Shown: positions 55,801-64,000 of the stretch, piece after piece
How positions within the stretch are numbered: position 1 is the first letter of the stretch
Layout: every line of letters begins with the position of its first letter
Origin: Scenedesmus sp. PABB004
Taxonomy: Eukaryota
NCBI GenBank assembly: GCA_014905635.1
Contig: JABVCE010000005.1
Coordinates: 62,001 to 126,000, forward strand
Direction of reading: 5' to 3'
Length of the DNA stretch: 64,000 nt
Made by a program: the position numbers and the translations under genes
The notes under the pieces: generated by a model
The model's database searches: none
Told to the model about the DNA's origin: nothing
Seen by the model: the letters and a program-made list of their open reading frames with translations, nothing else

Positions 55801-57389
55801 GTCGAGCTCGGCTCCCCCGCCGCCGCCGAGGCGCTGCGCGAGCTCCAGGGCTACCAGACCCAGGCGCGTGACGCCGCCGCCCGCGCGCCGGGAGCGCAGC
55901 GCGCGCGCCGGGAGCGCAGCGCGCGCACAGCGAGCGCAGCGCGCGCGCCGCCTGCGCGCGACCCGGGCGCGCAGCGCGCGCGCCGCCTGCCGCGCCCGCC
56001 GCCGCCGGCTCACCCCCGCGCCCCGCCTCGCCCCGCGCCGCCGCCCCGCTCTCTCTGTGCCCGCAGGACTTTGAGGGCATCTTCACCGCGATGGACGGCT
56101 TCCCCGTGACCATCCGCCTGCTCGACCCGCCGCTGCACGAGTTCCTGCCCCAGGAGGGCCCCGCGCTGAAGAAGCTCTGCGAGCAGCTCGCGCAGGAGCT
56201 GGGCAGCGACACCGAGACCATCACGCGCCGCCTCGAGGGCCTGCACGAGGCCAACCCCATGATGGGCCTGCGCGGCTGCCGCCTCGGCACGGTGCACCCC
56301 GAGATCACAGACATGCAGGTGCGGGTGCCCTCATCAGCGCCCCGCGCCCCGCCCTGCGCGCCCGCCTCGCTCCTGCTCCCGCGCCCGCGCTCGCCCGCGG
56401 CGGCAGGAGCGGAAGCTGCAGCAGCCCCGCGCTCACGCGCTCGCGCCGCTCCCGCCGCCGCTCCCGCCAGGTGCGCGCGATCATCACGGCCGCGATCAAC
56501 GTGTCCAAGGCGGGCGTCGCGGTGCACCCGCACATCATGATCCCCCTGGTCGGCATCGAGGACGAGCTCATCGGCCAGGCCAAGATCGTGAACGACGTCG
56601 CGGCGCAGGTCTTTGCCGCGACCGGGGCCAAGGTCGACTACAAGGTGCGGCGGCGGGCGACCCGGCCGCGCGCGCGAGCGCCGCGCCGCGGCGGGGCGGG
56701 GGGGGCCGGCCGGGGAACCAGCGGGCTAGCAGCTGTGGCCGCAGCCGCCGCGGCTGGCGCGGGCTCAGGGCGCGGGCTCACGCGCGCCGCACCCCGCCGC
56801 CGCGCAGGTCGGCACGATGATCGAGGTGCCGCGCGGCGCGCTGCGCGCGGGCGACCTCGCGCGCACCGCCGAGTTCTTCTCCTTTGGCACCAACGACCTC
56901 ACCCAGATGACCTTTGGCATCAGCCGCGACGACGCCCAGGCACGCGCGCGCGCGGCGGGGCGGCAGGGAGGAGGGCCCTAGGCGCGGCGCGCGCGCGGCG
57001 GCGGCGCCGCGCGCCGGGTCGGCCCGACGCGCCCCCGCGCCCCGACCTCACCCCGTCCCCGGCCCCTCTGCCCCCGCGCTCCCTCCGCCGCGCAGGCCAA
57101 GTTCCTGCAGTTTTACACCAAGCACGGCCTGCTCGCGCTGGACCCCTTTGAGACGGTCGACGCGGTCGGCGTGGGCGAGCTCATCCGCCTCGCGGCCGCG
57201 CGCGGCCGCGCGACGCGCCCGGGCATCGAGCTCGGCGTGTGCGGCGAGCACGGCGGCGACCCCAAGTCGATCGAGCTGTTTGAGGATGTGGGCCTCGACT
57301 ACGTGTCGTGCAGCCCCCTGCGCGTCCCCATCGCGCGCCTCGCCGCCGCGCAGGCCTTCCTCAAGGCCAAGAAGGCCGGCAAGGCCTGA
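52814..57389 (+). CDS. PPDK: Pyruvate,phosphate dikinase, 13 exons, no transit peptide in this model
   Basis: [68 protein letters not shown] (regulatory Thr, catalytic His), [34 protein letters not shown]. 5 of 12 introns are GC-AG. Confidence 0.97.
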
Positions 57390-58287
57390 GCCGCGCCCGC
57401 GCCGCACAGCGCGGCCGCGTGTGTGTTGTGCGCGCGTGTGATCGCCGCGCCGTGTGCTGGGCCCGGGGTGGCTCCCAGAACGCTGCGCCCTCTGTCCCGC
57501 GGCGGGGGGCGCTGAACCGCCCCGCCGCCGCGGCGGTTGTGTGAGTAGCACGCGTGGCGTGCGCGTTGTTTGCGTCGCGTCCCGTCGTCGCATCGTCGGA
57601 CCCCGGACTTGGACTCGGCGTTGGACGCCACCACCACCGCGTTGCTGGCTGGGCTGCATGGCTATGGTGTCGGCGCGCCCGCGGGCGCCGCTCGCCGGGG
57701 TGGGCACGGACGACTGTGTTGTGGGCAGGGCCGCCTCTGGCCGACGATGGCGGCGGCGCGGAGCGGGCGGGCCGCAGCTGTTCGCCGCGCGCATGCCGCG
57801 CATGGCACCCGCCTGGCCGCACTCCACGCCTCACCGCCACCTGGCCGCCTCCCGGGGCGCGCCGTCTCACGCGCGTCGACCGCATGCATGACTTGTGGCT
57901 GGTAGCACCGCTTGTTGCTGTGAGGCCGCGCGCGTTTTGGGGGGTGGGAGCGCCCCTCCGACTAGCTTTGACCGAGGCAACATCGACGTCGCGCGCGCTC
58001 GCAGCAGCTGGCGCAGCTGCCGCCGCCTCATCCACTGACTGACTGGCAGGGAGGGGTGGGGGGCACGGTAATCGCAACGCCGTGCAAAGCTCCACACGCC
58101 GCGCGGCGCTCGACGTCGGGGCGGCGGCGCAGGGCCCAGGCTTCAAATCCCGCGCCGCTCGCTGCCGGCCTGCCCGCCGCCCCGCCGCCGCCGCACGCCG
58201 CACGCTGGGCGGCCAGCAGCATCGCCGTCGTCGCCGACGCCCTTGCAGCAGCATCGCCGTCGTCGCCGCCGCAGCGCTGCCGCGAGC

Positions 58288-59361
58288 ATGAGGGCTGCGC
58301 CAACGGAGCGGCTGGCAGGGCTCGCGTTCTTCCTGTTCACGGCCCTCCAGGTGCCCTTCTTCGTCGTGGAGACGCCCGTGACGCCGTCGGGCCTGATGGT
58401 GCTCAGCCCGCTGCAGATCACGGCCGGCAACGCGGCGCGGCAGTGGCCCGGCGCCGCCGGCGCGCTCGAGGCGGTCCTGCTCCCGGGCGCCTGGGTGCGC
58501 GAGTCCCTGTCGCCTTACGTGCGATGCCTGGTGCGCGCCCTCGAACGCCCGGGCCAACGGCGCCTGGGCGGCTGCCCAGGGCGCGCGCCGCCGCCGGGCT
58601 TCGCGCCGCTGCTGCCGCCGCGCCAACCGCCAACGCCGCCGCCTAACCCGCCGCGCTGCCCCGCCGCCGCCGCCGCCGCCGCCGGCACGCAGTTCAAGAG
58701 CAGCGGGCGCGGGCCCTGCGCGCCTGAGCGGGCGGCGCTGTTTGACGCGGCGCACGCGCGGCGCGCGGCGGGCCTGCCCGGCGTCGTCGCGCTGCTGTCG
58801 GACGGCTCGCTCGCGCAGGCGGCGCCGATCGTGTACGGCTGCACCATGATCAGCGTCTCGGCGCTCTTCAGCTTGTACTACACCGTGAAAACGGCGGTGC
58901 TGGGCTTTGCGCTGCTCGCGTACGGCGTCGCGCAGGTGCGGCGGCGCCGCGCGGCGCCTTCACCCGCGGCGGGAGCGGCGGTGGCGGCGGTGGCAGCGGC
59001 GGCAGCGGCGGCGGCGGCAGCAGCGGCGGCGGCGGGAGCTGGCGGCCGCCCAGCGGCGCGGCGCGCGGGTCGCGGCGCGCGACCCGGCCGCGCCGCGCCG
59101 CGCCGCGCTGCCGCCGCGCAGGGCGACCACGCGCCGCTGCCGCCGGGCGTGCTGACCGCGTTCCTCTGCGTCTACGCGGGCTTCAACCTCGGCGAGCTGC
59201 GCGGCAACGTGCGCGCGGCGCAGGCGCGGCGCGGCGCGGCGCCGGCCGGCGGCGGCGCGGGCGCCGGCGGCGGCGGCGGCGCGGCGCCGGTGGAGCGCCC
59301 GAGCCCGGCGGCGGCGGCCGCTGGCGGCTCCAAGAAGAAGCAGGCGCGGAAGCAGGCCTGA
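58288..59361 (+). CDS. Small multi-pass membrane protein of unknown function with a basic C-terminus, 3 exons
   Basis: ATG at 58288, GT-AG introns 58519-58692 and 58936-59121, several hydrophobic segments, ends KKKQARKQA. Confidence 0.7.
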   Translation: MRAAPTERLAGLAFFLFTALQVPFFVVETPVTPSGLMVLSPLQITAGNAARQWPGAAGALEAVLLPGAWVRESLSPYVRCLVRALERPGQRRLGGCPGRAPPPGFAPLLPPRQPPTPPPNPPRCPAAAAAAAGTQFKSSGRGPCAPERAALFDAAHARRAAGLPGVVALLSDGSLAQAAPIVYGCTMISVSALFSLYYTVKTAVLGFALLAYGVAQVRRRRAAPSPAAGAAVAAVAAAAAAAAAAAAAAGAGGRPAARRAGRGARPGRAAPRRAAAAQGDHAPLPPGVLTAFLCVYAGFNLGELRGNVRAAQARRGAAPAGGGAGAGGGGGAAPVERPSPAAAAAGGSKKKQARKQA

Positions 59362-61170
59362 CTGGGCTGGCATGAGGGGTCTGTTATGTTAACCTCGAGA
59401 GAGCGACGCGCGCGCGTGCGTTGCTGCTGTTGGTGCAGGCAGTGCAGTCGCAGTCGCAGTTCCGCTCAGCCCACGCCGGGGAGGCGGCGGGCCAGCTCGC
59501 AAACAAACAACAAAAAACGCTCTTGTGTGTGCCCCGCCGCAGCACGGCACGGCCCCGCCAGAACGGCCACACATCGCAGACCGATCAGAGCACCAGGGCT
59601 GCCGCACGTTTGATATATGTTTATGTTTAGACACACCGACCGATCATGTACAGGGGCGGTGTGGGCCGGCAGGGCGGCCTGTCAGAGCACACGAGACGGG
59701 CGACCGCTGTCGCGGTGTTGTGTGCACCCAAAAACGTGTGTGCTGCGCGTGAGCAAGTGCTGTAGAGCCCATACCTATACGCGCTCCGATAGTGAGGCGC
59801 CGAGGACAGAGGTGAGGAACAGGAGGATGAGTGGCAGGATCAGGCGGGCGCGGGCTCGCGCACGTTCGGCTTGCAACAACAAAACGAGTTGGGCAGCGCG
59901 CCCAGCCCGCCCGCCCAGAGCGCCGGCTGCGCATGGGGTGCGCCGCCGAAAGGATGGCCGCCCGGTGCGCGCGTTGAGAGGACCGTGTTGAGGGGGGAGG
60001 AACAAGGAGGTCAAGCGGAGCGTAAAAGCCACGACGCAAGCATGAGTCGGTTGTTTTGCCGGGGCAGCTCGCCCCGGCAAAAGGGTCATCTTTATTCACC
60101 GGCCGCGCACAGCACAGGGGCCAAAGCAGGCAGGCCACGCCCGGCCACACACACGTTAGATCCCAAACCGCCAAACCGCCCGCCCCGAGCAAAACCTAAG
60201 TGGCGGGCGCGGCCGCCCTTTGAGTGGCCGTTCAAAGAGCAGCGGCCGCTCAAAGAGCGGCGGCGCGCACGTGGCCCCGCCACGGCTCTCCCGTGACGCA
60301 CGCTCATCGGGCCACCTCGCACAGTCACGCGGCCGGCCGGCAGGTGCAGCGTGAGCGGCATGCGTCGCTCACACAGCCCCCCCCCCGGCGCACACAGACG
60401 CCGCGCGGGCATCACCAACACCGGCTGTCGTGTGCTGACACACACACACACACCACACACAACAAAGTCCCAGCCCTGCGGGCTGTCGCTACCGGCCGGC
60501 GCAAGTTGGGCCGCCCAGCGCCCCTTGGCACGCCCGGCGGGGTAAGAAAACGGAGAGCGCGGTCTGCGGGTGCCTGCGCCGCGGCGGAGACGCCGCAGCG
60601 GCAATGCGATGAAGCGGCACGATGCGTGGCTCGTGCCGTGCGGCACGCGGGGGCGCTGCAGCAGGCGCGCGAGTGCTCAGCGCGCGGGGGTGCAATGGCC
60701 AACAACAGTTGTGCAGCAGCTTGGGGGTGATCGGGGTAATGATGCGTGGCAGACGAGACGAGTGGCGGGTGATGATGAGATGCAGGTGCGCAGGTGCGCA
60801 GGTGCGCAGACCCAGGTGCGCAGACCCCCGTCCAAGGCCAGCCCGCAGCACCCAGGCGGTTTCGCCACCCAGGCCATGCAGTGCAGGGCGCGCAAGCGCG
60901 CCCGACTGGCATTCCTTTATCTTCGCGTGCAGCGAGCCTCCGCCGCGACCCCCTCGCGCACAGGCGGCGCGGGCTGCTCCCACTGCTGGGGAGATGGGGC
61001 CGATCGATCTCCCCGGCGCAGCGCAGACGCCCCCCGTCCCGCCCCGCCCCGGGCCAACTGATCCCTCCCACCAGGGTTTGACCCGCCCCCTCCCCCTTCC
61101 CCACGCACAGGGGGGACTTCAGTTGGGCCGCCGCCGCGTCACTGGCGCAGCTGGTGCGGCCGCCGCCGCG

Positions 61171-62684
61171 TCACTGGCGCAGCTGCTGCAGCTGCGCCAC
61201 CATCGCCTGCAGCTGCTCCAGGCGCGCCGTCAGCGCCGCCATGCGCGCGACCGACACGGGCGAGCCGCCCTCCTGCGCCGCGTCGCCGCCGCTCGGCGCG
61301 GCGGCGGCGAGGGGCGCCACGGGCGCCACGGGCGCTGCCGGCGGCGGCGGCGGGGGGCTGCGCCCCGTCAGCGCCGCCGCGAGCTCGGCGTGCAGCTCCT
61401 CCTGCAGCACCGCCGCGACCTCGTCCTCGGTGGGGCCGGCCAGGCCCAGGCGCGCGCACCAGTTGTGCGCCGCGCGCGCCGCGGCGGCGGACGCCGCGCC
61501 GTACTGGCGCTCCGCCAGCAGCTCCATGCCGAGCGCGGCGGCGGCGCTCCAGCCGGGGCCGGCCGCCTCGCGCGCGAGGTTGGCCGACGCGCCGCGCGCC
61601 AGGCCGGGCAGCACGACCGCCGAGTCGGAGCACGCGTCGGAGAGGTGCCGCACGATGCCTGGCAGCCGGGCCGCCTCGGCCCACTCGCCGCAGGGCGCCG
61701 ACTGCGCCGCGGGCGCGCCGGCCCCCGCGCGCGCCGGCTCGCACTCCATGTGCGCGCCCGACACCCACGCCTCGGCCAGCATCGCCGCGGCGTCCGCGAC
61801 CGTCAGGCTGCCGCTGCTCACCGGCGGCGCGGCGACCGCGCTCGCCACGGGCGCCGCCGGCAGGCTCCGCGTGCGGCACAGCGGGAGCGGGAGCGGCAGC
61901 TCCGCCCACGCCGCGGGCGGCCCGGCCACGTCGCAGCGGCTGCCCGCCGCCGCGCTGCAGGCGGGGCCCTCTGAGGCCGCCTCGCTGGCCGCGGCGGCCG
62001 GCGGGGCGGCCGCCTCGGGCGACGCCGCGCCGCCGCGCCGCAGGCGGCCGCCCGCCCTCCTCGCGCCGCGCCTGGTCGCGAGCGCGTCGGGGTCGGCCGC
62101 CGTGTCGGCGCAGCGCCGCTTCTCGAGGCTGGACCGGCAGCTCCTGCGGGCGGGCGGGGGCGACGGCTCGGTCGGTCGGCGCGCGGCGCCGCGGCCGCCC
62201 TGCCCGTAGGCGCGGCCGCCGCCCGCGACGCCCCGCGCGGCTGCCGCCGCCGGCGCCGCCGCCGCGCACCGCTTGGTGCCCTGGAAGCTCTGCAGCGTCT
62301 CCAGCTTGCCGCACTGCTGGCAGAAGCGGTACAGCTGCGCGCCGCGCCCCTCGCACATCACCGCGTCGGCCTGCGCAGCGAGGCGGGGCGGGGCGCGGGG
62401 CGCGGGGCGTGAGCGGGCGGCGATGGCGGCCAGGCGCCCCTGGCCGGCGCCGGCGCGCGGCGCGCGGTCGCCGCGCGCGCCTTGAGGTGCGCCGGGCAGA
62501 CGCGCTTCTTGAGGCAGTACGCTCGTCCCACGGCCGTCAGGTCGACGGAGCAGCCCACGATCTTGCAGCGCTTGCTCGCGCACGGCGCTGGCGGCGCGGC
62601 CCGGAGCGCCGCCGCCGCCGGCGAGGACGGCGGCGCCGCCGACCGCGCCCCCGCGCCGCTGCCGCTGGGCTCCGGGCTCGACAT
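61171..62684 (-). CDS. SBP (SQUAMOSA promoter-binding) domain transcription factor, 3 exons
   Basis: CKIVGCSVDL..YCLKKRVCPAHLK|ADAV..RFCQQCGKLETLQSFQGTKR|SCRSSLEKRR. First intron (62371-62480) is GC-AG. Confidence 0.88.
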
Positions 62685-63665
62685 CTTCAGCGTGGCGCCT
62701 GGGCGCGCGGCGGAGAGGGCGGCGTGGGCGCCAGGGGCGGGCCAGCTGTCGCATGCAGGGGCCAGCGTTGTGCGCCGCCGTGGCGAGCCGCCACCCCCAG
62801 CTGCGAGGCCAGCGATGGCGCGTGCGTGCCAACTGGCGGCGGCGCACCTGGGTCAGTGCGCGCCGCTCGCGAAACTGGTTCTGGCTAGCCCCCCCGCCGT
62901 GCGCCGCGCCGCAGGCCGCCGCCGCTGGCAGGGCTGCGTCAAGCCCGTGCGCTGCTGGGGCGAGCGCCTGGCCAGCCCGGCGCCGCGCGGCCCGCTCGAG
63001 CTGTGCAGCCTCGGCCGCGACCGCGTGCGCGGGGCTGCGCAATCCGCGACCGCCAGGCGGCGCCTCGCAGGGGGGGACACTGGGAGCGGCGCCGGGGGGC
63101 GGGCTCGCTTGAGGAGGCCGCGCGGCGGGTCGAGCGCGAACTTGGGGGCGAACGAAAACTTCTGCCCAGCGCCAGCGCTCGAAAAGCCGCTCGCCCTGCA
63201 CAAAAGATTGGAAAGGTTCAAGTAGAGCTCAGTGCGACCGCACGATTGCGCTTCGGGGCTTTCTCAGCGCCATTCCCACTCTAGCCGCTCAACGCGCGCC
63301 ACGGCCCGCCAGAGCGGCTGTTTCAATGTGCCCAGCCTTTTGTGCGCTGTTGCGCGCCCGCGCAGGCCGCGCGCGCGCGCCCGCAGCTGACGCACAACCC
63401 CAAGGCGCTGCTCTGTACCCGGTTCCCTCATTTTTTGGGGTCGCCCTGGTCCGCACGCGCCAGGGAGACGTCAGGTCCCGCAGGCTACGCCCGGCGAACG
63501 TTTCAGCCGGCGAGGGGCCGTGCCCGGCGCACGGCGGCGTCGCTGCTGCACGCACCTTGCCGCCGCAAGCCCTGCGCGCCGCGCGCGGGGCGTACCGCGG
63601 CGCTGTGGCACGTACTGATCGCGCCACGCACGATGGGCGCCGGCGCGCACCCGCCCGACGGCCGC

Positions 63666-64000
63666 ATGGGCCGGGGGAGCGGCGCCGCGGCGCTCCTGCT
63701 GCTGCCCCTGCTGCTCGGGCTGGCCTCCGGCGCCACCACCGAGGCCTGGCGCTCGCGCACGGTGTACCAGGTCCTCACGGGTGCGCGCGGCGCCCGCGCC
63801 GACCGGCGCGGCCCGCCCCTGGGCAGCGGGCCCTGGCGCGGCGCGCGCGCGCGCGTGCGGCGCGTTCCGCGCGGGCCCGCCGCCGCCTGCGCGCGCCGCC
63901 GACGCCGCCGGGGCCGCCCGGGGCCCGCGCGCCCGCGCAGACCGCTTTGCCACCGACGTGTGCTGGGGCGCGAGCGGCGGCAACCCCAACCGCTACATGG
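63666..64000 (+). CDS. 5' part of a secreted alpha-amylase, GH13 (fungal Taka-amylase-like N-terminus), truncated by the window end
   Basis: Signal peptide, then ATTEAWRSRTVYQVLT|DRFATD across intron 63781-63940. In-frame alternative ATG at 63633. Confidence 0.8.
   Translation, partial: MGRGSGAAALLLLPLLLGLASGATTEAWRSRTVYQVLTGARGARADRRGPPLGSGPWRGARARVRRVPRGPAAACARRRRRRGRPGPARPRRPLCHRRVLGRERRQPQPLH

Noticed and set aside
63330..63470. U5-like GCCTTTT loop and Sm-like ATTTTTTG followed by a stem-loop
   Set aside because: The invariant U5 loop GCCUUUUAC is not matched, and no U1/U2/U4 signature is present.
63410..63620. Three GTAC cores (SBP-binding) between the SBP and amylase genes
   Set aside because: Close to chance expectation for a 4-mer over about 1 kb.

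Overview
This is eukaryotic nuclear DNA, extremely GC-rich (roughly 75-80% by eye) and intron-dense. It looks like a chlorophycean green alga (TGTAA poly(A) signals, TTTAGGG motifs, NIT2-type and SBP transcription factors). Most ORFs in the six-frame track are GC artefacts, so genes were rebuilt by manual splicing. There are about 17 protein-coding genes: RNA Pol III largest subunit (27 introns), GAA1, NIT2-like RWP-RK/GAF factor, a small Cys-rich secreted protein, TFIP11, ankyrin-DHHC S-acyltransferase, a secreted tandem-repeat precursor with RRLL/RRLH motifs, a tandem SpoVS-domain protein, an MHS-type MFS transporter, trehalase, serine carboxypeptidase, syntaxin-5, a large LRR protein, PPDK, a small membrane protein, an SBP factor, and the start of a fungal-type alpha-amylase. 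Main oddities: (1) about one intron in five has a GC-AG donor, almost always after exonic AG; (2) two gene blocks are each bracketed by inverted duplications of intergenic DNA; (3) a prohormone-like secreted polyprotein whose repeated exons are identical while the intron copies have diverged; (4) a pre-miRNA-like hairpin, telomere-like branch-site motifs and G-rich-5'/C-rich-3' introns within RPC1; (5) four single-base frameshifts, probably assembly errors. All exon boundaries are manual inferences without transcript data.
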